Source: Rhodospirillales bacterium (GTDB lineage Bacteria > Pseudomonadota > Alphaproteobacteria > Rhodospirillales > Defluviicoccaceae). From it: a DNA stretch of 56,389 nucleotides. This document shows, one piece after another, positions 12,148 to 21,328 of the stretch (positions are counted from its first letter, which is position 1; every line of letters begins with the position of its first letter). The position numbers and the translations under genes are program-made. The notes beneath the pieces were generated by a model. That model did not search any database. It was not told the origin of the DNA and saw only the letters and a list, made by a program, of their open reading frames with translations. The stretch is from NCBI GenBank assembly GCA_038250645.1, contig JBBSCD010000001.1:1-56389 (forward strand), read 5' to 3'.

Positions 12148-12771
12148 GTGGGACGCGGGGAGATGAGCAGTTCCGATGCGACCGGCGCATCCAGCCAGGC
12201 GGCTGGCGGGGCGCCTGCCATCCCGGACGTGTTCGCCTCTCTCATCGAGCACGTTGCCGCCGATGGGGATCGAGAATCGTTCGAGACCATTTTTTCTCAT
12301 TACATGCCCAGGCTCAAGGCGTGGGGCGTGCGCAGCGGCATGCCCGCCGCGATCGCCGAGGAGCTGGCGCAGGAAACGATGATCAGCCTGTGGCGGAAGG
12401 CGGGGACGTTCGAGCGATCGCGGGCCGGCGCCTCCAGCTGGGTGTATGCCATCTTCCGCAACAAGAGGATCGACTTTCTGCGCCGCCATCCGCTGCGCGA
12501 GACCGATCTCGACAAGGCCATCCACGTCAGCGATCATGCCGCCAATCCGGAGATGGCGGCGGAGCTGCAGGGTATGGGGCGAATGCTGCAGGGCGCCATC
12601 GAGGCGCTTCCGGCGGAACAGGCGCAGGTTCTGCGCGCCGTCTACTTCGCCAGCAAATCCCACAGCGAGGTTGCCAAAGACCTTGATCTGCCGATCGGGA
12701 CCGTGAAATCGCGCATCCGCCTAGCCCTCGCGCGGATCCGCCTCGCCGTCGCCAAGCGGCCCGACTCTTGA
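12148..12771 (+). CDS. ECF-type RNA polymerase sigma-70 family factor
   Basis: Region 2 (FETIFSHYMPRLKAW...AEELAQETMISLWRKA, WVYAIFRNKRIDFLRR) and a region 4 HTH (LPAEQAQVLRAVYFASKSHSEVAKDLDLPIGTVKSRIRLA). The start is GTG at 12148 or ATG at 12163. Confidence 0.85.
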   Translation: MGRGEMSSSDATGASSQAAGGAPAIPDVFASLIEHVAADGDRESFETIFSHYMPRLKAWGVRSGMPAAIAEELAQETMISLWRKAGTFERSRAGASSWVYAIFRNKRIDFLRRHPLRETDLDKAIHVSDHAANPEMAAELQGMGRMLQGAIEALPAEQAQVLRAVYFASKSHSEVAKDLDLPIGTVKSRIRLALARIRLAVAKRPDS

Positions 12772-13685
12772 TCGTTGCGCCATCGTTCGAACCCGGAACG
12801 CTGCTCGGCGTTGCCGAAAGGCGGGCGCGCGCGGCGCGTGAGGCCGGTGCCCTGCAGCCGTTCGCCAGCCGGCTTCGCTTCGTCGCCGACGGCGGAATCC
12901 GTTTTATTGTCCGGGTGCTGGCCAGCCTAGAGACGAAGGAGGGCGAGCAGGTCCGCCGGCGCCTGGCCGCATCGGCGGGAACGCCGCCGGTCAATCCGTT
13001 CCTGCCGTACGACGAACGCCTGTTCGTCGCCGATATTTCGCCGTCCCACCTGTGCCTGCTGAACAAGTTCAATGTGGTCGACCGGCACATCCTGATCGTG
13101 ACCCGCGCCTACGAGGACCAGGAAGCGGCGCTGACGGCTGCGGACCTGTCGGCGCTGGCGCTTTGTCTGAGCGAGATCGACGGGCTCGGCTTCTTCAACG
13201 GCGGAACATTCGCCGGCGCCAGCCAGCCGCACAAGCACCTGCAGCTCGTGCCGCTGCCGCTGGCGGCGGAGGGGCCGCCTCTTCCGGTCGAGGCGGCGCT
13301 CGCGGACGTGCTGGCGGCGGCGCCGGGAGAGCCGATCCGCGCAGCCGGGCTGCCGTTCAGGCACGTGGGCTGCCGGCTGCCGGATGCCACGGCGGGGGCG
13401 CTCGAGGAGGCCTACCGCGGACTGCTCGCCGCCGCCGGGCTCTTTGCAGGCAAACTCGACAGAGAGGCGGGTGAAAAGCTGTTACCGCCCTACAATCTTC
13501 TCGTCACCCGGACGTGGATGCTGCTGATTCCGCGCACCCGTGAGAAGGTCGAGGGCATTTCCATCAACGCGCTCGGCTTCGCCGGCTCGCTCGTCGTCCG
13601 CGACGAGACGCAGATGGCAACCGTGACGCAACTCGGGCCAATGCGCATGCTGCGCGCGGCGGCGCTGCCGGCGCATGCGAGATGA
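12768..13685 (+). CDS. ATP adenylyltransferase / Ap4A phosphorylase (Apa2-like, HIT-related) family protein
   Basis: LLNKFNVVDRHILIVTRAYEDQ...FFNGGTFAGASQPHKHLQLVPLP matches the Apa1/Apa2 signature NKF..V..H.L.VT...Q...N.G..aGaSQ.HKHLQ. The TTG start overlaps the sigma-factor TGA (cTTGAtc). Confidence 0.7.
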   Translation: MIVAPSFEPGTLLGVAERRARAAREAGALQPFASRLRFVADGGIRFIVRVLASLETKEGEQVRRRLAASAGTPPVNPFLPYDERLFVADISPSHLCLLNKFNVVDRHILIVTRAYEDQEAALTAADLSALALCLSEIDGLGFFNGGTFAGASQPHKHLQLVPLPLAAEGPPLPVEAALADVLAAAPGEPIRAAGLPFRHVGCRLPDATAGALEEAYRGLLAAAGLFAGKLDREAGEKLLPPYNLLVTRTWMLLIPRTREKVEGISINALGFAGSLVVRDETQMATVTQLGPMRMLRAAALPAHAR

Positions 13686-13775
13686 GGCGCGGCGGCGGGA
13701 AGAGGTGCGGGATGAGCGAAAGACGCACGCCCTGGCCTCCATCCGACTTTAAATCAGGCATCATGCGTCCACTCC

Positions 13776-13996
13776 TCAAACCTCGAACTCGCTACGCGCT
13801 ACTGCAGACTGCCGGATAATCGACAGCAGCGTTCCGGCGCGAACTTCTGCGTGGTCAGGGACGGGTACGGTGACGGTTCCGCTCGGAGAAGCCCATTGCA
13901 TAACGACATGGGTTCCTCGTCTCCTCACCATTCGAAGACCTGCTTCGCGAGAATGTCGCACACCTGCCGGCCCGACAGAACACGCAGTTTACCCAC
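13776..13996 (-). pseudogene. hicA: hicA (YcfA-family) toxin gene interrupted by a 1-nt frameshift
   Basis: The N-terminal part V/MGKLRVLSGRQVCDILAKQVFE reads in one frame and stops at 13925-13927. The C-terminal part MVRRRGTHVVMQWASPSGTVTVPVPDHAEVRAGTLLSIIRQSAV reads in the -1 frame (ORF 13776..13961). Joined, they form a full-length HicA. The total length is 221 nt, which is not divisible by 3, and restoring one A in gaa(a)tgg near 13931-13933 repairs it. Confidence 0.7.
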
Positions 13997-14153
13997 CAGC
14001 AATCTCGACCTGCGTGACGTCGAGCTCGCTCTTGAGGCGCGTCTTGATCTCCTCGGGTGGTGCACAGTCGCGGATGCCTGCAGCAAAGTCAGGAGCGAGC
14101 ACTTCCTGACGGTGCCACGCGCGGGGTCGCGTGAAGCCCTTTGACTCCCGCAC
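13989..14153 (-). CDS. possible small ORF (54 aa, GTG start) whose TAA overlaps the hicA GTG; candidate antitoxin-like partner
   Basis: My own translation gives (V)RESKGFTRPRAWHRQEVLAPDFAAGIRDCAPPEEIKTRLKSELDVTQVEIAGG. The stop/start overlap GTGGGTAA suggests translational coupling. It resembles HicB/UPF0150 only loosely (PDxxG...EE...). It is below the ORF-track length cutoff. Confidence 0.2.
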   Translation of the reverse strand: MRESKGFTRPRAWHRQEVLAPDFAAGIRDCAPPEEIKTRLKSELDVTQVEIAGG

Positions 14154-14236
14154 TCCCCCTTCGGCTTGAAAATGGCTAGGCTGCTGGGCGCGTGCCGGTA
14201 CGCCCGGTATTGGATCCTCTGCCTTGGAATACCGCG

Positions 14237-17200
14237 ATGAGCGAGCAGATCACCCCCGGCTGGCAGTTCTGGATCGATCGGGGCGGGACGTTCACCGACG
14301 TGGTCGCCAGGCGCCCGGACGGCGCGATCGTCACCGCCAAGCTGCTCTCGGAGAACCCGGAGCGCTACGCGGACGCCGCCATCCAGGGCATCCGCGATGT
14401 CCTTGCGCTGAACCGCGATGAGGCCGTGCCGGCGGACGCGATCGAAGCGGTCAAGATGGGCACCACGGTCGCGACCAACGCTCTGCTCGAACGCAAGGGC
14501 GACCGGGTGCTGCTGGCGATCACCCGGGGCTTTCGCGACGCGCTGCGCATCGGCTACCAGAACCGGCCGAAGCTGTTCGACCGCCACATCGTCCTGCCCG
14601 AGCTGCTCTACGAGCGGGTGTGCGAGATCGACGAGCGGGTCGACGCCGCCGGCGCGACGCTTATCCCTCTCGACGAGGCGGCCGCCCGGACCGCACTCGC
14701 CGAAGCGTACGCCGCCGGAATCCGCGCCATCGCCATCGTGCTGATGCACGGCTACCGCTACACCGCCCATGAGGAGCGGCTGGCACAGGTCGCGGCCGAC
14801 GTCGGCTTTACGCAAATCTCGGTGTCGCACCGGGTCAGCCCGCTCATGAAGCTGGTCTCGCGCGGCGACACCACCGTCGTCGACGCCTACCTTTCGCCGA
14901 TCCTGCGCCGCTACGTCGACGCCGTCGCCGGCGCTTTGGGCGATGTCCGGCTGATGTTCATGCAGTCGAACGGCGGGCTCACCGACGCCCGGCTGTTCCA
15001 GGGCAAGGACTCGATCCTGTCGGGCCCCGCCGGCGGCGTCGTCGGCATGGTCCGCACGGCTGGTCGCGCCGGCTTCGACCGGGTGATCGGCTTCGACATG
15101 GGTGGCACCTCCACCGACGTTTCGCACTACGACGGCGAATACGAACGCGCCTTCGACACGCAGGTGGCCGGGGTGCGGATGCGCGCGCCGATCATGCGGA
15201 TCCACACGGTGGCCGCTGGCGGCGGCTCGATCCTCAGCTTCGACGGCGCCCGCTTTCGCGTCGGCCCGCACTCGGCCGGCGCGGTTCCAGGGCCGGCCTG
15301 CTATCGTCGCGGCGGGCCGCTGACGGTGACCGACTGCAACGTCGCGCTGGGGAGGATCCGACCCCTGTTCTTTCCCGAGGTCTTCGGCGCGGGCGGCGAC
15401 AGCCCGCTCGACGCCGAGGCCGTCGCCGCCGGCTTCGCCGCCCTGGCCGCGGAGATTGAGGCGGCGACCGGCGAGAGGCGTCAGCCGGAAGAGGTCGCCG
15501 AGGGCTTCCTCCGCATCGCAGTCGAGAACATGGCCAACGCCATCAAGCAGATCTCCGTTCAGCGCGGCTACGATGTCACCGAGTACGTGCTCAACTGCTT
15601 CGGCGGCGCCGGCGGCCAGCATGCCTGCCTCGTCGCCGATGCGCTGGGGATGACCCGGGTGCTGGTCCATCCGCTGGCCGGCGTGCTCTCAGCCTACGGC
15701 ATGGGCCTCGCCGACATCCGTTCCTTACGCGAGCAGACAATCGAGGCGGCGCTGGAGGAGCCGGCGCTCGCAGATCTTGAGTCGCGGCTTGACGATCTGG
15801 CCCAGGCCGCCCGCGCCGAGGTCGAAAGGCAGGGGGTCGCGGCCGCCGATGTCACCGTCCTGCGGCGGGTGCACCTTCGCTACCAGGGGACCGACACCGC
15901 GCTGGTCGTGCCGTTCGCCGCGGCGGACGAGATGAGCGCCGCGTTCGCCGCCATGCATCGCCAGCGCTTCGGCTTTGTCATGGAGGGGCGCGGGCTGATC
16001 GTCGAGGCGGTCTCGGTCGAAGCCGTCGGCGGTGCGGGTGAAGGCGGGGACGACAACGACGACGAGCCGCCGCCGCGACCGCGACAAGACCAATCACCTC
16101 CGGCGCCGGTCGCCACGGTCGAGGCCTGGTTCGACGGCGTCGCGCGGCCGACGCCGGTTCACCGCCGCGCCGATCTCGGTCCGGGCGATGTCGTCGCCGG
16201 ACCGGCGATTATCGCCGAGGCCAATGCAACCACGGTCATCGAGGCGGGCTGGCAGGGCGAGATCACCGCCCGCGACGATCTCCTGCTGACCCGCGTCGTG
16301 GCGCGGCCGGAGCGCTATGCGGTCGGCACCCACGCCGACCCGGTGATGCTCGAAATCTTCAACAACCTGTTCATGTCGATCGCCGAGCAGATGGGAGCGA
16401 CCCTCGCCAATACCGCCCAGTCGGTCAACATCAAGGAGCGGCTCGACTTCTCCTGCGCGGTCTTTGATCCGGACGGCGCGCTGGTTGCCAATGCCCCGCA
16501 CATGCCGGTGCACCTCGGCTCAATGGGCGAAAGCATCCGCACCGTCATCGCCGAACGGGCCGGGACGATGCGCGCCGGCGACGTTTACGCCCTGAACGCG
16601 CCCTACAACGGCGGCACCCATCTGCCCGATATCACAGTGATAACCCCGGTTTTCGCGCCCGAAACCGATACGATCATGTTCTTCGTCGGCTCGCGCGGCC
16701 ACCACGCCGACATCGGCGGCAAGACCCCCGGCTCGATGCCCCCGGACAGCGTCACGGTCGAAGAGGAGGGGATCCTCATCGACAACGTCACCCTGGTCGA
16801 TCGCGGCCGCTTCTGCGAGGTGGAGATGCGCGCGCTGCTGGGCGGCGGCCGCTGGCCGGCGCGCAACCCGGAGCAGAACATCGCCGACCTGCGCGCCCAG
16901 ATCGCCGCCAACGAAACCGGCGTGCGCGAGCTGCGCAGGATGGTCGATCACTTCGGCCTCGACGTGGTTCAGGCCTACATGGGCCACGTCCAGGACAACG
17001 CCGAGGAGCAGGTCCGCCGCGTCATCGACGTACTCGGCGACGGCGACTTCGCCTACGCCATGGATGACGGGGCCGAGATCCGCGTCTCCATCCGCATCGA
17101 CCGACCGGGCCGGCGCGCCCGCATCGACTTCACCGGCACGTCGGCGCAGCGGGCGAACAACTTCAACGCTCCGGCGGCGGTCGCCAAGGCCGCGGTCCTC

Positions 17201-17881
17201 TATGTCTTCCGCACGCTGGTCGACGATGACATCCCGCTGAACGCGGGCTGCCTCAAGCCGCTCGACATCGTCCTGCCGGAAGGCTCGATGCTGAACCCGC
17301 TGTACCCGGCCGCGGTCGTCGCCGGCAATGTCGAAACCTCCCAATGCGTCACCGACGCGCTCTACGGCGCCCTCGGAACCATGGCCGCTTCGCAGGGAAC
17401 GATGAACAATTTCACCTTCGGCAACGACCGCTACCAGTATTACGAGACGATCTGTGGCGGCTCCGGCGCCGGCTCCGGCGCCGGCCCCGGCTTCGCCGGC
17501 ACCGACGCCGTCCACACCCACATGACCAACTCGCGGCTGACCGATCCGGAGGTCCTGGAATGGCGCTTCCCGGTGCAGGTCGCCGACTTCGCCATCCGCC
17601 GCGGCTCGGGCGGGGCTGGCCGCTGGCGCGGCGGCGACGGCGTCGTTCGGAAGATCGTCTTCCGCGAGGCGATGACCGCGGCGATCCTCTCCGGTCACCG
17701 CCGGGTCGCGCCATTCGGGATGGCGGGCGGAGAGCCCGGCGCCTGCGGCCGCAACACGGTCGTGCGCGCCGACGGCAGCACAGAGCAGCTCGCCGCGACC
17801 GACGCGACGACGATGGCGCCGGGCGACGTGTTCGTCATCGAGACGCCGGGGGGCGGCGGCTACGGCGAGCCTGACTCGTAG
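14237..17881 (+). CDS. fused hydantoinase A/B family protein (5-oxoprolinase-like, ATP-hydrolysing)
   Basis: About 1214 aa. The N-terminal HyuA part contains [13 protein letters not shown] and [11 protein letters not shown]. An acidic/Pro-rich linker ([18 protein letters not shown]) follows. The C-terminal HyuB part contains [30 protein letters not shown] and [12 protein letters not shown]. The start is the ATG at 14237. Confidence 0.9.
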   Translation: MSEQITPGWQFWIDRGGTFTDVVARRPDGAIVTAKLLSENPERYADAAIQGIRDVLALNRDEAVPADAIEAVKMGTTVATNALLERKGDRVLLAITRGFRDALRIGYQNRPKLFDRHIVLPELLYERVCEIDERVDAAGATLIPLDEAAARTALAEAYAAGIRAIAIVLMHGYRYTAHEERLAQVAADVGFTQISVSHRVSPLMKLVSRGDTTVVDAYLSPILRRYVDAVAGALGDVRLMFMQSNGGLTDARLFQGKDSILSGPAGGVVGMVRTAGRAGFDRVIGFDMGGTSTDVSHYDGEYERAFDTQVAGVRMRAPIMRIHTVAAGGGSILSFDGARFRVGPHSAGAVPGPACYRRGGPLTVTDCNVALGRIRPLFFPEVFGAGGDSPLDAEAVAAGFAALAAEIEAATGERRQPEEVAEGFLRIAVENMANAIKQISVQRGYDVTEYVLNCFGGAGGQHACLVADALGMTRVLVHPLAGVLSAYGMGLADIRSLREQTIEAALEEPALADLESRLDDLAQAARAEVERQGVAAADVTVLRRVHLRYQGTDTALVVPFAAADEMSAAFAAMHRQRFGFVMEGRGLIVEAVSVEAVGGAGEGGDDNDDEPPPRPRQDQSPPAPVATVEAWFDGVARPTPVHRRADLGPGDVVAGPAIIAEANATTVIEAGWQGEITARDDLLLTRVVARPERYAVGTHADPVMLEIFNNLFMSIAEQMGATLANTAQSVNIKERLDFSCAVFDPDGALVANAPHMPVHLGSMGESIRTVIAERAGTMRAGDVYALNAPYNGGTHLPDITVITPVFAPETDTIMFFVGSRGHHADIGGKTPGSMPPDSVTVEEEGILIDNVTLVDRGRFCEVEMRALLGGGRWPARNPEQNIADLRAQIAANETGVRELRRMVDHFGLDVVQAYMGHVQDNAEEQVRRVIDVLGDGDFAYAMDDGAEIRVSIRIDRPGRRARIDFTGTSAQRANNFNAPAAVAKAAVLYVFRTLVDDDIPLNAGCLKPLDIVLPEGSMLNPLYPAAVVAGNVETSQCVTDALYGALGTMAASQGTMNNFTFGNDRYQYYETICGGSGAGSGAGPGFAGTDAVHTHMTNSRLTDPEVLEWRFPVQVADFAIRRGSGGAGRWRGGDGVVRKIVFREAMTAAILSGHRRVAPFGMAGGEPGACGRNTVVRADGSTEQLAATDATTMAPGDVFVIETPGGGGYGEPDS

Positions 17882-17988
17882 CGGCAGAACAGGATGCAAG
17901 AAGAAAACTACCCTTATGGGTTAATATTACGAATCGGCTGTGCTAATGTGTCGCCCGGCGTCAACGCCCATCGGGTATCGGGGGAACA

Positions 17989-19338
17989 TTGGCCGGCCGT
18001 TTCGGGCTTGCCCAACTCAGCCTTGCCCAACTCAGCTTTGCATCGTGCGCCGGCGTCGTTGCCGTCCTCTGCGCCCTGACCGGCACGGCTTCGGCGCAGT
18101 CGCTTCGCGGTGCGCTGCAGGGTCTGATCGACACCCACCCGGCGATCGCCGGCGGTCGCAACGCGGTCGTTGCGGCGGAGAGCGCAACCGATCGGGCGAA
18201 CGCGAACTATCTGCCCAAGCTTGACGTTATCACCGCGTTCGGGCCGCAATACATCGATAGCCCGGTAACGAGCCGCGCCGGCGGCGGCCAATGGGTATCG
18301 GTTGCCCAGAGCGCCGGTGTCCAGGTGTCGCAGATCCTGTTCGACGGTTTCGCCACGCCGGCGCAGGTGGAGGCGGCGGACCTGCAGACCGAAGCGGCGC
18401 AGTTCACGCTCGCGGCGACCCGCCAGCAGGTGCTGCTTGAAGGGGTAGGCGCCTACCTCGACGTGGTTCGTCATCGTCGGCTGGTCGAACTGGCGCGCGC
18501 CAGCGAGCGCACCATCAAAAGCCAGCTCCGTCTGGAGGACGAGCGCGTCCGCCGCGGCGCCGGCATTGCCGTCGATGTATTGCAGGCCAAATCCCGGCTG
18601 CAGGTGGCGAAGGAGCAGCGAATCGGCTTCGAGGGCGCGCTTCGCCTGGCCATCAGCCACTATCTCCAGACATTCGCCCAGCCGCCGGAAATCGACGCCA
18701 TGACCATGCCGCCGCCGCCGGTGCATCTTGTTCCCGATGATCTCCACGGCGCCGTTGTTCTCGCGCAGGCCGAGAACCCGGCCCTGAACGCGAGCCTGGC
18801 GAAGATCGCGGAGGCGGCGGAAGGTCGGCGGATCGCCCGGGCCGGCTACTATCCCACCTTCGATCTTGTCGCCGGCGCCAATTACGAGAAGGACACCGAT
18901 CTCGTCGAGGGTGTCCGCACCGACCTGTCGCTTCTCCTTCGCGCGACCTGGAACCTTTTCGACGGCTTCGCCACCGACGCGTCGGCCGCTGAGGCCGCGG
19001 CGGTCTACCGCGGCCGGCGCAACGACCATGAGGCGCTTGAGCGCCGAGTGGGCGATGCGGTCCGCGCCGCCTGGCACACCCGGGCCACGGCGAGAGAACG
19101 CGAAGACCTGCTTGAAAACGGCGTCGCCATCGCCGAGCAGGTGTTCGCGATGCGCCGCAAGCTGCGCGACGCCGGGCGCGAAACCGCCATCAACGTGCTC
19201 GACGCTGAGGACGAGCTGACGCGGGCGAAGATTGCGCTGACGACCGCGCAGGCCGAGGCGCAGATTTCGGTCTATCGCCTGATCGCCGCCATGGGACGGC
19301 TCGGTCCGCGTGAGCTCGCCCTGGCCCTGCCCCGCTGA
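17989..19338 (+). CDS. TolC-family outer membrane efflux/secretion protein
   Basis: Signal peptide ending TGTASA/QS, then two repeated TolC-type halves (ANYLPKLDV..., YYPTFDLVAGANYEKD...). The TTG start at 17989 is uncertain. Confidence 0.8.
   Translation: MAGRFGLAQLSLAQLSFASCAGVVAVLCALTGTASAQSLRGALQGLIDTHPAIAGGRNAVVAAESATDRANANYLPKLDVITAFGPQYIDSPVTSRAGGGQWVSVAQSAGVQVSQILFDGFATPAQVEAADLQTEAAQFTLAATRQQVLLEGVGAYLDVVRHRRLVELARASERTIKSQLRLEDERVRRGAGIAVDVLQAKSRLQVAKEQRIGFEGALRLAISHYLQTFAQPPEIDAMTMPPPPVHLVPDDLHGAVVLAQAENPALNASLAKIAEAAEGRRIARAGYYPTFDLVAGANYEKDTDLVEGVRTDLSLLLRATWNLFDGFATDASAAEAAAVYRGRRNDHEALERRVGDAVRAAWHTRATAREREDLLENGVAIAEQVFAMRRKLRDAGRETAINVLDAEDELTRAKIALTTAQAEAQISVYRLIAAMGRLGPRELALALPR
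18007..18036 (+). repeat. perfect 15-bp tandem duplication (cttgcccaactcagc x2) inside the TolC signal-peptide coding region
   Basis: Read directly from the sequence. It is in frame and produces LAQLS-LAQLS. Confidence 0.9.
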
Positions 19339-19350
19339 GCGGCAGGGCGC

Positions 19351-19758
19351 TCAGTTGTTCTTGTTATCCGGTCGAAGCTTCAGTGAGAGGGAGTTGATGC
19401 AGTAGCGTTGGCCGGTCGGCTGCGGGCCGTCCGGAAAGACATGGCCGAGGTGCGCGCCGCAGCGGCTGCACATCACCTCGGTGCGGACCATGCCATGCGA
19501 CCGGTCCGACCCGGCTGCGATCTTTTCCGCATCGACCGGCTCATAGAAGCTGGGCCAGCCGCTGCCTGAGTCGAACTTGGTGTCGGCCTCGAACAGCTCC
19601 TCGCCGCAGCAGGCGCAGAGGTAGACGCCCGGCTCCTTCGTGTTCCAATAGGCGCCGGTGAAGGCGCGTTCGGTTCCCTTCTGCCGGCAGACCGCATACT
19701 GTTCGGGCGTTAGCTCCCGACGCCACTCCTCTTCCGCCTTCATCACCTTTTCCGCCAT
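19351..19758 (-). CDS. msrB: peptide-methionine (R)-S-oxide reductase
   Basis: Two CxxC pairs ([19 protein letters not shown]), GWPSF and the catalytic RYCINS motif. Confidence 0.95.
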   Translation of the reverse strand: MAEKVMKAEEEWRRELTPEQYAVCRQKGTERAFTGAYWNTKEPGVYLCACCGEELFEADTKFDSGSGWPSFYEPVDAEKIAAGSDRSHGMVRTEVMCSRCGAHLGHVFPDGPQPTGQRYCINSLSLKLRPDNKNN

Positions 19759-19922
19759 CTGTCTCCTGCCTCGTCAACGCCATCGCAGGGCGCGCCCAAA
19801 TTCCGTTGTTGAATTGAGAGGTGCGCGCTCTTTCCTAAGTGTCAAGGAGGGCGGTTCCGCTGGGCATCCCGCTCCGCGCGCAGCTTCGGCCTCGGATCCA
19901 GACGCGAAAAGGAAAGAGTGGC

Positions 19923-20792
19923 ATGGGTTTCGATTTTTCGACGTTTCACGACCCGGCATTGCCGCAGGTCGTCATGCCGGAATGCCCGGCCGCGCAAAAG
20001 CTGAAGGGTCAGAAGGCCCTGGTCACCGGCGGCAGCTCCGGTATCGGCAAGGGAATCGCCCTTGGCCTCGCCGAGGCCGGGGCCGACGTCGTCGTCAACT
20101 ACCACTCCGGCGCCGAGGAAGGTGAGGCGGTGGCCGAAGCCATCCGTCGCAGCGGCGTGCGGGCCTACGCCCACGGCTGCAATGTATCCGACGAAGCAGA
20201 GGTCGAGGCGATGTTCGCCCGGATGCAGGAGGAGTTCGGCGGGATCGACATTCTCGTCGCCAACGCCGGCATGCAGAAGGATGCGCCATTCGACGAGATG
20301 ACGCTGGCGCAGTGGAACGCCGTCATTGGCGTCAATCTGACCGGGCAGTTCCTGTGCGCGCGCGCCGCGGTCCGCGCCTTCAAGAAGCGCGGCGTCGTCC
20401 CTGGGGTCTCCTGCGCCGCCGGCAAGATTATCTGCATGAGCTCCGTCCACGACGTCATTCCGTGGGCCGGCCATGTCAATTACGCGGCGAGCAAGGGCGG
20501 CATCTCGCTGATGATGAAGAGCATTGCCCAGGAGGTCGCGCCCTTCCGCATCCGGGTCAACGCGATCTGTCCGGGCGCGATTCGCACGCCGATCAACGAG
20601 GACGCCTGGAAGACGCCCGAAGCCTATAGCGAGCTGATGAAGCTTGTTCCGTACAAGCGCATCGGCGAGGCCGGGGACATCGCCCGCGCCGCCGTCTGGC
20701 TGGCCTCGGACGATGCCGATTACATCACCGGGCTCAGCCTGTATATCGACGGCGGCATGACCCTGTACCCCGGCTTCGAGACCGGCGGCTGA
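19923..20792 (+). CDS. SDR-family oxidoreductase (glucose 1-dehydrogenase-like)
   Basis: TGGSSGIGKGIA cofactor motif, NAG, and the S...YAASK catalytic triad. The ATG at 19923 is preceded by AAAAGGAAAGAG. Confidence 0.9.
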   Translation: MGFDFSTFHDPALPQVVMPECPAAQKLKGQKALVTGGSSGIGKGIALGLAEAGADVVVNYHSGAEEGEAVAEAIRRSGVRAYAHGCNVSDEAEVEAMFARMQEEFGGIDILVANAGMQKDAPFDEMTLAQWNAVIGVNLTGQFLCARAAVRAFKKRGVVPGVSCAAGKIICMSSVHDVIPWAGHVNYAASKGGISLMMKSIAQEVAPFRIRVNAICPGAIRTPINEDAWKTPEAYSELMKLVPYKRIGEAGDIARAAVWLASDDADYITGLSLYIDGGMTLYPGFETGG

Positions 20793-20798
20793 GGGTAT

Positions 20799-21317
20799 TC
20801 AGTCCCGGACGGAGCCGTTGCACCCGGCGTCGTGGTCGCGGCGCTCTTCCGCTGTCCAGGCCGAGAAGGGCCGTTCGCTCAGGGCGGCGTTGAAGTACCG
20901 CGGCTCGGCCGAAACCTCCGCGCCGATCCAGGGGGGCAGATCGAACGCCTGGTCCTCGCTCGTCAGTTCCAGCTCGGCGACAATCAGGCCGTCGTTCTCG
21001 CCGGCGAAGACGTCGATGACCCACAGCAGCCCGTTCACCTCCACCTCGCAGCGCGTCTTCTCGATCAGCGGCCGGCGGCAGCAGGTGTCGAGCAGGACCT
21101 TGGCGTCGGCCGGCGGGACCGCGTACTCGAACTCGAGGCGCGAGATTCCGGCGCCGTCGCCCTTGATCGTCAGAAAGGCGCCCTCGCCGTAGGTCCGGAC
21201 CCGGACGATGTGGCCGGCATCGCGGCACAGGTAGCCCTGGCGGATGGCGATCGGCTTGGCGCCGGCTCGCCAGCCGTCGCCGATGACAAGAAATTTCCGC
21301 TCGATCTCGGTGCCCAA
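20799..21317 (-). CDS. CYTH domain protein (CyaB/ThTPase-like triphosphate tunnel enzyme)
   Basis: N-terminal EIERKFLV signature and alternating charged beta-strands (RVR, LTIKG, EFEY, ELE) typical of CYTH. Confidence 0.8.
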   Translation of the reverse strand: MGTEIERKFLVIGDGWRAGAKPIAIRQGYLCRDAGHIVRVRTYGEGAFLTIKGDGAGISRLEFEYAVPPADAKVLLDTCCRRPLIEKTRCEVEVNGLLWVIDVFAGENDGLIVAELELTSEDQAFDLPPWIGAEVSAEPRYFNAALSERPFSAWTAEERRDHDAGCNGSVRD

Positions 21318-21328
21318 ACGGCTTCCCC

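Noticed and set aside
13925-17899. Long minus-strand ORFs (13925..15670 and 16520..17899) opposite the oxoprolinase-like gene
   Set aside because: They are antisense artefacts of GC-rich coding DNA. Only the last ~24 codons of 13925..15670 are meaningful, and those are the N-terminal half of the frameshifted hicA reported separately.
19334-19354. Short hairpin (ctgagcg-gcagg-cgctcag) overlapping the convergent tolC-like and msrB stop codons
   Set aside because: It has only a 7-bp stem with no flanking U-tract, which is too weak to call a terminator with confidence.
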